NCBI GenBank assembly: GCA_045106895.1
Contig: JBGCFM010000271.1
Location: 1-27,020, forward strand
Reading direction: 5' to 3'
Source: Polyangiales bacterium
Lineage (GTDB): Bacteria > Myxococcota_A > Polyangia > Polyangiales > Houyiibacteriaceae
DNA: 27,020 nucleotides
Both the position numbers and the translations under genes were made by a program. Under the pieces are notes generated by a model. That model did not search any database, was not told where the DNA came from, and saw nothing but the letters and a program-made list of their open reading frames with translations. Below, piece by piece: positions 1 to 8,298 of the stretch. Numbering within the stretch: the stretch's first letter is position 1; the number at the start of each line of letters is the position of its first letter.

Positions 1-287
1 GCGCAGACGCCGTACCCGCCTGGGTCGCCGCTGCCGTCGGGTCCGCCGCGGTTGTCACGGTCGGTGGCTCCCGTCGAGGGTCGGTTGGCTGGGTCTGCGC
101 CGCCGCCGGTGTCACTGTCCGAAACGAGCTCCATCACCTGCTGTGCGCCAGCCTGCTGCTGCTCGCCGACGATGGCCGTCGCTGCGCCAACGGCGAGGCC
201 GCCGCCAACAACACCCAACATCGATCGACGCGACATTCCACGGGTGGAGACAATCTCGTCTGGGTTCAGTGTCTTCTTCTTGCTCAT
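1..287 (-). CDS. Small secreted repeat protein or putative peptide precursor with twin-arginine (Tat-like) signal; 3' end runs off the window
   Basis: Translated by hand because it is absent from the ORF track (no stop in window). From ATG at 287: MSKKKTLNPDEIVSTRGMSRRSMLGVVGGGLAVGAATAIVGEQQQAGAQQVMELVSDSDTGGGADPANRPSTGATDRDNRGGPDGSGDPGGYGVC... It has an SRRSML motif, a hydrophobic stretch and an A-x-A site (AGA). An SD-like GGGGA lies upstream, and the frame is open to the edge. Confidence 0.8.
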   Translation of the reverse strand, partial: MSKKKTLNPDEIVSTRGMSRRSMLGVVGGGLAVGAATAIVGEQQQAGAQQVMELVSDSDTGGGADPANRPSTGATDRDNRGGPDGSGDPGGYGVC

Positions 288-344
288 CTGCGCTTTCCCC
301 TGTCCAGCCCGTCAGGGCCAAATCTCAATCCATTGATGCGAAGA

Positions 345-374
345 ATCATATCGGAAGCAATTCCATATTGACAG
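345..374 (-). promoter_or_regulatory. Candidate sigma70-type promoter for the small repeat protein, within an AT-rich divergent intergenic region
   Basis: Minus strand reads CTGTCA-N18-TATGAT. The same bases read TTGACA on the plus strand (368-373). An imperfect inverted repeat ATAT-GGAA-TTGC-TTCC-G-ATAT lies between the boxes. Confidence 0.35.
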
Positions 375-404
375 AAATCTTCGCCTGTACGGTTATGTAC
401 GGCG

Positions 405-1601
405 ATGCCCGCAACTTATTCACTCGCTGAGCTAATTTCTCCAATTTCACCCGAAACCTTCGAAAAGGAGTACCGCGAAACGAAGCCCCTCCTCGTGAAA
501 AGGGGCCAGGCGAACTACTACCAAAACGTGCTTTCACGCCACGAGGTGGATCGTGTCATCACGACGATGCACCCAAAGTACCCGGACGTTTTCCTCACCA
601 ACGCCAACCGCGAAGTGAAGCACACGGAGTACACCTACCCCTCCGGGCTCATCGATGCCGGACGTATCTACAGCGAGTTCTCCGAGGGCGGCACCATCGT
701 GATGTCGAACCTTGAGCTCCACGTTAGCGCCCTCGCCGACCTCTGCCGCTCCCTCGAACGCGAACTCAGCGCTCGCTTCCAAGCCAATATTTACCTTACG
801 CCCGGTGGGCACTCCCAGGGTTTCAACCGTCACTGGGACTCCCATGACGTCTTCGTCGTTCAGGTCGAAGGCAGCAAGCGGTGGCGCGTGTATGACACCC
901 CCGTCGTTCTCCCGCTCCCCGGCGAAGCCTTCGACCCGCGCAACGCACCGCCAAGCGCATCGCCCGATGCGAAGCCCTCGATGGACTTTGTCCTCGAAGC
1001 CGGAGACGTCTTCTACCTACCGCGCGGCATGATGCACGACGCCGTCAGTACGGACTCGCATTCGCTGCACATCACCATCGGCATGTTCGGCGTCAGCTGG
1101 GCGGAGCTGCTCATCGAGGCCGTGGCGAAGGTCGGCGTCAAGCATAAGCAGATGCGGCGGAGTCTCCCTGCTGGTTTCGCACAGCCAGGATTCGACCGCG
1201 GACCGTCCCGCGCCGAGTTCGCCGAGCTGACGAAGCTCGTGCTCGCAGAGATCGACTTCGACTCAGCACTCGGCCACTTCGCCGACGACCTGGTGAGCAG
1301 CCGGCACTCTCTTCTCCACGGCCAGCTCGAGCAGATCATGCGGCTGCCTGAGCTCAGCGCCGAGAGTTCTGTCGGGGCCCGCGCCAACCTGCTCTACCAC
1401 CTTCACCACGACGAAGACCACGTCTACATCTCCTGCTACGGAGGCCAGATGCAGCTGCCGCTGCATGCACGCGAAGCGCTCGAGTACGCTCTTTCGAACG
1501 AGCGCTTCACCATCAAGGATGTCCCCGGTGAGCTCGACGACGCCGGCGCCGTCGTTCTCATTCAGCGCCTCATCCGCGAGGGGCTTGTGATTCAGCACTG
1601 A
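405..1601 (+). CDS. JmjC/cupin_4 2-oxoglutarate-Fe(II) oxygenase, ribosomal oxygenase (YcfD/NO66/MINA)-like
   Basis: NIYLTP...GFNRHWDSHDVFVVQVEGSKRWRVY gives the HxD motif and the 2OG-binding Lys; LEAGDVFYLPRGMMHDA gives the distal His. N-terminal PETFEKEYRETKPLL and C-terminal winged-helix-like LIQRLIREGLV. Confidence 0.9.
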   Translation: MPATYSLAELISPISPETFEKEYRETKPLLVKRGQANYYQNVLSRHEVDRVITTMHPKYPDVFLTNANREVKHTEYTYPSGLIDAGRIYSEFSEGGTIVMSNLELHVSALADLCRSLERELSARFQANIYLTPGGHSQGFNRHWDSHDVFVVQVEGSKRWRVYDTPVVLPLPGEAFDPRNAPPSASPDAKPSMDFVLEAGDVFYLPRGMMHDAVSTDSHSLHITIGMFGVSWAELLIEAVAKVGVKHKQMRRSLPAGFAQPGFDRGPSRAEFAELTKLVLAEIDFDSALGHFADDLVSSRHSLLHGQLEQIMRLPELSAESSVGARANLLYHLHHDEDHVYISCYGGQMQLPLHAREALEYALSNERFTIKDVPGELDDAGAVVLIQRLIREGLVIQH

Positions 1602-1613
1602 GCCGACGAAGAA

Positions 1614-1632
1614 GCCGGCTCAGGGAGCCGGC
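1614..1632. terminator. Hairpin between the convergent JmjC and kinase genes, possible terminator
   Basis: Perfect 8-bp stem GCCGGCTC-AGG-GAGCCGGC overlapping the kinase stop codon. Only a weak U tract (TTCTTC) follows on the minus strand. Confidence 0.35.
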
Positions 1633-3881
1633 GCGCGCACGACGCGGCCGCCTTCGAAGCGATACCAGAGTCCGTCTTGTCGCCGCTCTTTGGTCTTGAG
1701 CACGTAGCCGTCGTGACCACGAAGCGCGCGGTCACGGGTTCCCGTGACTGAGCCGTGGTCTTCGTGAACGGGCGCCGTGAGACCGGAGTAGCTCCATACG
1801 GGTGCTTCCACGCCGAGACGAAACGCCGCCCATTCCCGTCGACCATCGGCCGGAGGATGCTGTCCCGAATACCAGCTGACCACGAGAAGAGACTCTTCTT
1901 CCGTATCGCTAAGAAAGTACTCATCGATGACGCCGTCGATGGCGTGAACCCCGAGTCGCTCCCCGAGCTCGCAGTTCCGTTCGGCGTAGATTCCGATGGC
2001 GCTCGTCGCGCTCTGTTCGTCGTGCGCCGCCACGAGGAAGACATCGCGCCGAGTCCCGCCGACGATGACTTCCGTGCGAGCGGGCCGGAAGGTACGGCGC
2101 GTGGGCCCAGGCGGAAGCCCTCCATCACGAACGAGGGCCCCCGGGAGCGGGCGACACTCGCCGCCTTCGCGAAGCAACGACGAGACTCCCCACCCGGAGT
2201 GCTGGAGCGTCGAGACGAAATACGTCATCGCTCCGTCCCCTTCGTGCGCCGAAGGACTTCCATCCACCTCGCCGTAGAGCGCGACGACGAGAGAGTCGTG
2301 GGGAAGCACTTCGCGCGTCTCGGAATCGCGGTCCGCGCGAGCGCGCACGTTCAGCCGGACACGTGTGCTCAAGAGCGCAGGCCGCAAGAGCCCCGCTGGC
2401 GCGGTCTCCAGACGCTCCGCCTCACCCGAAAGCTCATCGGCGAGGCGAGTGGCCTCGGCTTCACCGATTCGCGCGTAGGACCCCCATCGCCCCTCGACGC
2501 GCGCGAGCTGAACGCTCACGCGGTCCGCCAGCGGCAAACGCGACCAACGAATCGCCGCCGTCTCCGGACGTTCCACCGACGCGAGTCGGAACCACGGGTC
2601 CTCGAGGCTCTCCGGCACGATCGCCGGGGGCTCATCGACGGGGTCGACACCGGACGGCAACTCTTCACTCTCCGTCGGCGGCGCGGCAGCGTCCGTCGTT
2701 GGCGGCGGCGCTGGAGGGGCTTGCATGGACTGAAACACCAACACGCCAACCAAGGCGAGGACACCGAGCCCGCCGGCTGCCATGAGCGCCTGGAGCGCCG
2801 GCGACTTCGTCTTCGTCGCCGGAGCATCCGCCGGCTTGACCGGACTCGCCGTCGGCGCCGGAGTCGCGTGAGCCGTGGGGGCCAGCGCTACAGCCGGCGG
2901 CGTTGACGCGGCGATGCCCGGCGCCATCGCCGTCGGCGCGGCGCTGATCGCGTTGTGGATATGACCACGAGCATTCATCGTCGGAAAATCGGAGGCGGAC
3001 ACACCCGCCAACACGCCGCTTGAGACGAGCGTGTCGAGGGCTTCGCGCATGGCGCGCGCGCTTCCGAAGCGCTGCTCGGGTTCAGTCGCAAGCGCGCCGT
3101 GGACCAACTCACAAAGGCCGGGCGGCAAGTCCGTCCGCAAAACGTCGAGGCGTTGCCCTTCCCCCGCCAAGATCTTTCGATAGATCGTGAAGGGGTCCCC
3201 GCCAACATACGGCGGCTGCCCCGTGAGCGCCTCATAGAGGATCGCTCCGACGCTAAACACGTCGGCTCGGGCATCCACCTTGCTCGCCGACTCAAACTGC
3301 TCCGGCGCCATGTACTGGGGCGTGCCCATCATGATGCCCTCTTGCGTCAGCGCCGTGCCGCTGGTCTGTTTCTCTTCACGCGAGATGCCAAAGTCCAAGA
3401 GCTTGGGCACCACCCCGTCGGCGTCGCGCACGAGAAACACGTTCGCGGGTTTTAAGTCACGGTGAACGATGCCCGCGTCGTGAATCGCGGCGAGGCCACT
3501 CAACACCGGCCGCAGGAGAGCCACGAGTTCGCCAAGATCGGGCCGCGGCGAACGCCCCATACGCTCGCCCAACGTCTCACCGCTCAAGAGCGGCATCACA
3601 AGGAACTGAACTCCGTCTTCCGTACCGAAATCGATGATGTCGACAACGTTGCGATGTTCCACCTTCGCGACGAGCTCCGCCTCGCGTCGAAAGCGCGCCT
3701 CGGCGCTGCTTCCTGCGGACGATGAGGGCGTCCCAGGCGCTCCCTGCACGCTGTGCAAGATCTTGATGGCGACGGCGCGTCCGAGCGTGATCTGCTCTCC
3801 ACGCCAAACCTCGCCCATGCCTCCGGCGCCGATCGGTTCGACCAAACGATATCGTCCCGCCAGCTGGTCGCCCGCCTCCAC
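1620..3881 (-). CDS. Hanks-type membrane Ser/Thr protein kinase with extracytoplasmic C-terminal domain
   Basis: IGAGGMGEV, VAIK, HRDLKPAN, DFG, GTPQYMAPE and DVFSVG motifs. These are followed by a Pro/Ala linker, a TM segment (ALMAAGGLGVLALVGVLVF) and an SH3b-like RLNVRARADRDSETREVLPHDSLV segment. GTG start. Confidence 0.95.
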   Translation of the reverse strand: MEAGDQLAGRYRLVEPIGAGGMGEVWRGEQITLGRAVAIKILHSVQGAPGTPSSSAGSSAEARFRREAELVAKVEHRNVVDIIDFGTEDGVQFLVMPLLSGETLGERMGRSPRPDLGELVALLRPVLSGLAAIHDAGIVHRDLKPANVFLVRDADGVVPKLLDFGISREEKQTSGTALTQEGIMMGTPQYMAPEQFESASKVDARADVFSVGAILYEALTGQPPYVGGDPFTIYRKILAGEGQRLDVLRTDLPPGLCELVHGALATEPEQRFGSARAMREALDTLVSSGVLAGVSASDFPTMNARGHIHNAISAAPTAMAPGIAASTPPAVALAPTAHATPAPTASPVKPADAPATKTKSPALQALMAAGGLGVLALVGVLVFQSMQAPPAPPPTTDAAAPPTESEELPSGVDPVDEPPAIVPESLEDPWFRLASVERPETAAIRWSRLPLADRVSVQLARVEGRWGSYARIGEAEATRLADELSGEAERLETAPAGLLRPALLSTRVRLNVRARADRDSETREVLPHDSLVVALYGEVDGSPSAHEGDGAMTYFVSTLQHSGWGVSSLLREGGECRPLPGALVRDGGLPPGPTRRTFRPARTEVIVGGTRRDVFLVAAHDEQSATSAIGIYAERNCELGERLGVHAIDGVIDEYFLSDTEEESLLVVSWYSGQHPPADGRREWAAFRLGVEAPVWSYSGLTAPVHEDHGSVTGTRDRALRGHDGYVLKTKERRQDGLWYRFEGGRVVRAPAP

Positions 3882-3938
3882 GAGGCGACTCTACCGAGGC
3901 CCGACGGCTACGTCACGCGCTCTTGCAACAGGAGACTC

Positions 3939-5342
3939 CTACACAGCGATCTTTGGCCGCTCGAGCTTCTTTTTCTTGAGCTTCTCCACGAGCGTCGTTC
4001 GGTTCATGCGCAGAATGCTGGCGGCCTGGTTCTTGTTCCACCCGGTCCGCTCGAGGGCTTGGAGGATAAGCTTGTTCTCAAAGTCCTCGACGGCATCCCG
4101 CAGATCGATCCCATCGTCTGGGAGCGCAACGCCGCGAGCAGGCTTGGTCGTCGAGCCGCGCCGAACCCGCCTTGGCAAGTCCTCGACGTCGAGTCTCCCG
4201 CTGCCCCGAAGGACCACCATACGCTCCACCGCGTTTTGAAGCTGGCGAACGTTTCCGGGCCACTCATAGCCAACGATGACTTCCATCGCCTCATCCGTGA
4301 GCCCCGTGATCTCCCGACCGCGGCGTCGGTTGAACTTGCGCACGAACGCCTCCACGAGCACAGGGATGTCACACTGTCGCTCCCGCAACGCGGGAAGCTC
4401 CACCGGGATCACCTCGAGTCGATAGAGCAGGTCTTCGCGGAAGCCGCCTTCTTCGACCATCTCATCGAGGTCACGGTTGGTCGCAGCGACGATTCGGACA
4501 TCGACCTTTCGGCTTTTGCTCTCGCCCACGGCGTTTACTTCCTTCTCCTGCAGAACACGTAGGAGCTTGGACTGGAGGGCCAGCGGCATCTCACCGATTT
4601 CATCCAGGAAGATCGTTCCTTTGTGGGCGGCAACAAAGCGGCCCTCGCGAGAAGTTGTCGCACCGGTGAAGGCGCCACGGATATGGCCAAAGAGCTCGCT
4701 CTCCAAAAGGTTCTCTGGAATCGCCGCGCAGTTGACGGTGACGAAGGGTCCCGTGGCGCGCTCGCTGGCGCGGTGAACTGCGCGAGCGATGAGCTCTTTC
4801 CCTGTACCGCTCTCGCCCGTGATCAGAACGGAGCAGTCCGTGTCTGCGGTTCGTTCAATGATTGAAAAGACGCGAAGCAGCGCTTTGTCTTGCCCGAGAA
4901 TCTCCGGCGCAAACTTCTCGCGCCAGTCCGCGATGGGCGTGCGGCCCATGCGTCGAATGTCGAAGCTCCCCGAGGCCCCGCCCCTGCGCTTTGCCAGCGC
5001 ACGAGTCAGAGAGCGGTCCAGCGCGTCGAGCCCAAAAGGCTTCACGAGAAAGTCCGTCGCGCCGCGCTGCATCGCGGACACCGAGTGGTCGATGGTCCCA
5101 TCCGCCGTCATCACAACGACGGTAGGCGGCTCTCGGAGGAACTGCGTTTCATCGAGGAGCTCAAAGCAGTTCCCGTCGGGCAAGGTCACGTCACAGAGGA
5201 CCAGCTCGAAGGACTCGTTCTGCAACAAGCGCTTTGCGTCGCGCGTACCCGAAGCGCACGACACGTCGAAGCGGCCCTTCAGGTGACGGGTGAGAGCTTT
5301 AGCGAAACCTAGGTCGTCTTCGACAATGAGAATGCGGTCCAT
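3939..5342 (-). CDS. Sigma54-dependent response regulator (REC-AAA+-Fis HTH; NtrC/AtoC/FlrC-like)
   Basis: Receiver domain (ILIVEDD, LVLCDVTLPDG, FLVKPF), Walker A GESGTGKE, ESELFGH, GAFTGA, FLDEIGE, WPGNVRQL and HTH NKNQAASILRMNRTTLVEKLKK. Confidence 0.95.
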   Translation of the reverse strand: MDRILIVEDDLGFAKALTRHLKGRFDVSCASGTRDAKRLLQNESFELVLCDVTLPDGNCFELLDETQFLREPPTVVVMTADGTIDHSVSAMQRGATDFLVKPFGLDALDRSLTRALAKRRGGASGSFDIRRMGRTPIADWREKFAPEILGQDKALLRVFSIIERTADTDCSVLITGESGTGKELIARAVHRASERATGPFVTVNCAAIPENLLESELFGHIRGAFTGATTSREGRFVAAHKGTIFLDEIGEMPLALQSKLLRVLQEKEVNAVGESKSRKVDVRIVAATNRDLDEMVEEGGFREDLLYRLEVIPVELPALRERQCDIPVLVEAFVRKFNRRRGREITGLTDEAMEVIVGYEWPGNVRQLQNAVERMVVLRGSGRLDVEDLPRRVRRGSTTKPARGVALPDDGIDLRDAVEDFENKLILQALERTGWNKNQAASILRMNRTTLVEKLKKKKLERPKIAV

Positions 5343-5465
5343 CGATTAGACGTGAACGGCGTCGCTTGCGGGTTCTTTAGCCCCGCGCGCATCTTTTTTT
5401 GTTTCTCCACCCCCAAAGACGCCAAAACCGCTCTTTTCTCGGCGTTTTTGCGATACGCTTTTGCG

Positions 5466-6623
5466 ATGCATCCCCTTACCGCCATCGTCCTCGGGGGCGG
5501 TGGAGCTCGCGGCGCCTACGAAGCAGGCGTGGTCTCCGGCATTGCCGAAGTCATCGGCAAGTCGCACGACGGGCCTCTCTTCGACATCCTCTGCGGCACC
5601 TCCGTGGGCGCCATCAACGCCGCCTACCTCGCCGCTTGCGCCGATGAGCACGACCACGCCATCGCAGGTCTGGAGGCGCACTGGCGAGGGCTTGAACTAC
5701 GTCGACACCTCAAGCTCGACCTGACGGGCATCGCTGGCTTCCGAAACCTGATCAGCAAAAAGGCACCGGAGGGACGTTCGATTCTCGCCATCGGCGCACT
5801 CGAAGAGCTCGTGGGGGACGGAACTCCTTGGCCACGGCTGCGCGCCAACCTCGCCTCGGGCCGTATCCGCGCCCTCGTCGTCGCGGCGCTGGACATCGCG
5901 AGTGGCAAAACCAAGGTCTTCACGGACCTCGCCCCTGGCATCGACTACCCAGCATCCCGTGACCCACGCCGGAGCGCAGAAGAGACGCATATCAGTGCTG
6001 ATCACGTCCTCGCCTCCGCCGCCATTCCCCTCGTCTTTCCGGCGCGGCGTATCGGCGACCGCTTCTACGCAGATGGTGGGATCCGCTTCAACACCCCACT
6101 TGCGCCAGCACTCCGACTTGGCGCCGAACGAATCATCGTCATCCCGCTTCTCGCGGAGGTGCCCGCCGACCCGCCGCCAAGCCGTCGAATCGGTCCACTC
6201 TTTCTCATGGGGAAACTCCTCAACGCGCTCCTCCTCGACCCCATCAGCTACGACCTCCAAGTACTGCAGCGCTTCAACAACCTAGTCTCGCTCCTCGATG
6301 TCGCGCTCTCCGACGAAGAGCGGGCCCGCATCGATGCGGCCATGACCACGGACCGAGGGACCCCATACCGAGCGGTGCAAACGCTGGTGTTCCGGCCTTC
6401 CAAGGACATCGGACACATGGCTCGCGAGCGCGCCATGGAACTCGACAACGGAGTTACGGAGCGCGTCGTCCGACGCCTCGCGACGATGGAGGACGTCTGG
6501 GAAGCCGATCTTCTTTCCTTCGTCCTCTTCGACGGCGAACACGCGGGACGCCTCATCGATCTAGGTCGAAACGACGTGATCGCACGCGCGGATGAGGTCC
6601 GCGCGTTCTTCGAAGGCACATAA
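5466..6623 (+). CDS. Patatin-like phospholipase
   Basis: GGGGARG oxyanion motif, GTSVG nucleophile and DGG catalytic Asp. Start set at ATG 5466 (MHPLTAIVL) rather than the track's 5352. Confidence 0.93.
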   Translation: MHPLTAIVLGGGGARGAYEAGVVSGIAEVIGKSHDGPLFDILCGTSVGAINAAYLAACADEHDHAIAGLEAHWRGLELRRHLKLDLTGIAGFRNLISKKAPEGRSILAIGALEELVGDGTPWPRLRANLASGRIRALVVAALDIASGKTKVFTDLAPGIDYPASRDPRRSAEETHISADHVLASAAIPLVFPARRIGDRFYADGGIRFNTPLAPALRLGAERIIVIPLLAEVPADPPPSRRIGPLFLMGKLLNALLLDPISYDLQVLQRFNNLVSLLDVALSDEERARIDAAMTTDRGTPYRAVQTLVFRPSKDIGHMARERAMELDNGVTERVVRRLATMEDVWEADLLSFVLFDGEHAGRLIDLGRNDVIARADEVRAFFEGT

Positions 6624-6701
6624 GAAGCATCCCCCGCTCAAGATCATGCGGTCGTCCGCCGATGTCCAGTATGCACGCTCCTTTGCGTACTCCTCGGACC
6701 T

Positions 6702-7463
6702 ATGGACAAAGCAACCGTATTTGGATTGGTACTCGGCTTCGGTCTTGTGATCGGATCCATCATGTTGGGCAGCGGACTTGGAGCATTTATTGATGTTCCA
6801 AGCCTACTCATCGTCGTCGGCGGAACCATCGCCTCCACATTCACAGCGGAGAAGATGAGCACAGTCCTCGCGGCGATGAAGGTGATGAAAAAAGCCTTCC
6901 GGGAACCGGCCGGTGACGCCGTCGCGACGATCCAACGCATCATCGAGCTCTCCACCATCGCCCGTCGTGAAGGAGTTCTGGCCCTCGAGAATCAGACCGT
7001 TGAGGACGTGTTCTTGGCCAAAGGCATTCGCATGGCCGTCGATGGCCTCCCGGACGAAGAGATTCGCGCCACACTTTCCGCGGAAATGATCGCCATGAAG
7101 GCTCGGCATCTGCGCGGACAGAACCTCTTCAAGTTCATGGCGGCGACTGCACCGTCCATGGGCATGATTGGAACGCTCATCGGTCTGGTACAGATGCTCC
7201 AGAGTCTCGACGACCCGGCCGCTATTGGTCCTTCGATGGCCGTTGCGCTTTTGACCACGATGTACGGCGCAATCCTCGCCTTCATGATCTTCGGTCCTGT
7301 CGCGGAGAAACTCGACCGCTACGGCAAAGAAGAATCGCTCAACATGGCCGTGGTCATCGAAGGCGTAGAATCTATCGTGAAGGGTCAGAACGCGATGATC
7401 ATCAAGGACAAACTTGAAGCGCGCATCTCACCGGCAGAGCGGGTCGTGGACCAGGCCGCCTGA
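6702..7463 (+). CDS. motA: Flagellar stator A subunit, MotA/PomA family
   Basis: MDKATVFGLVLG...FIDVPSLLIVVGGT, ARREGVLALE, FLAKGIRMAVDG, APSMGMIGTLIGLVQML and IGPSMAVALLTTMYG, closely PomA-like. Confidence 0.93.
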   Translation: MDKATVFGLVLGFGLVIGSIMLGSGLGAFIDVPSLLIVVGGTIASTFTAEKMSTVLAAMKVMKKAFREPAGDAVATIQRIIELSTIARREGVLALENQTVEDVFLAKGIRMAVDGLPDEEIRATLSAEMIAMKARHLRGQNLFKFMAATAPSMGMIGTLIGLVQMLQSLDDPAAIGPSMAVALLTTMYGAILAFMIFGPVAEKLDRYGKEESLNMAVVIEGVESIVKGQNAMIIKDKLEARISPAERVVDQAA

Positions 7464-8296
7464 TGGATGTCGAAGTCGATGAAGGAGGAGGCGGCGAAGA
7501 AGGCTCCCCCGCCTGGATGGCGACCTTCGCCGACTTGTGCACCCTTCTCCTGACGTTCTTCGTTCTTCTTCTCAGTTTCGCCGAGATGGACGTCACCGAA
7601 TTCAAACAAATGCTCGGTTCCGTTCGCGACGCGTTCGGAGTGCAGTTCGAAACCGTCGGCAGCTACGAGGCCCAATCGAGCTCACCGGTCAGCCTCGACG
7701 GCCGTGCTCCGGCCGAAGACGGCGAAAGCACTGACGAGGACGTTGAAGCGGAACTCGCAGAGATGATCCAAGCGTTGGGCCTCGAGGACGAAGTCGAGAT
7801 CGAAGCCGATACCGGAGGCATCACCGTTCGCATTCGCGAGCGCGTGCTTTTTGGAAGCGGATCGGCAGACCTCGATCGCGGCACCGCTGGGACGGTCCTC
7901 GCCTCCGTCGTCGAACTCGGTTCGCAGGTGGCGAGCGAGATCGCGATTCATGGGCACACCGACGACCGTCCCATCGGCAATATGCGCTATCCGTCCAACT
8001 GGGAACTTAGCGCTGCACGCGCCTCAAGCGTCGTCCGCTTCCTCGTCGCCACAGGTCAAACCGCTGACTTGCCCATCAGCATCGCAGGCTACGCCGACAC
8101 ACGCCCCATCGTTCCCAACGACTCCGATGAACACCGAGCTCAAAACCGGCGCGTCGAGTTCCGCTTCGTTCGACGAGGGGCTCCAAGAGGGGAAGAGCAG
8201 AGCGACGACGCGCCGGATGAGACAAGCGACGCTCCGCCTCGACTCGACACAGGGGCCGACACCGATGCGGCTTCCTCCTCCGTGGAGAGCATCTGA
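7463..8296 (+). CDS. motB: Flagellar stator B subunit, MotB/PomB family, with OmpA-like peptidoglycan-binding domain
   Basis: PAWMATFADLCTLLLTFFVLLLSF contains the conserved Asp; plug EMDVTEFKQMLGSVRDAFGVQ; GHTD, SNWELSAARA and NRRVE motifs. TGATG overlap with motA indicates translational coupling. Confidence 0.93.
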   Translation: MDVEVDEGGGGEEGSPAWMATFADLCTLLLTFFVLLLSFAEMDVTEFKQMLGSVRDAFGVQFETVGSYEAQSSSPVSLDGRAPAEDGESTDEDVEAELAEMIQALGLEDEVEIEADTGGITVRIRERVLFGSGSADLDRGTAGTVLASVVELGSQVASEIAIHGHTDDRPIGNMRYPSNWELSAARASSVVRFLVATGQTADLPISIAGYADTRPIVPNDSDEHRAQNRRVEFRFVRRGAPRGEEQSDDAPDETSDAPPRLDTGADTDAASSSVESI

Positions 8297-8298
8297 CT

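Noticed and set aside
52..430. Track ORFs 52..336 (+), 112..321 (-) and 143..430 (+)
   Set aside because: Shadow frames of the better-supported minus-strand gene starting at 287, which has an SD, a signal peptide and repeats.
6671..6686. ATGCACGCTCCTTTGC upstream of motA as a sigma54 -24/-12 promoter
   Set aside because: Lacks the invariant GG, and the spacing is one base too long.
6702..8296. motAB as Zorya zorAB or gliding aglRQS
   Set aside because: The A subunit is 253 aa with no ZorA tail and there are no zorC/D/E genes. The B subunit has a MotB plug and OmpA-like domain rather than a TolR/ExbD form.
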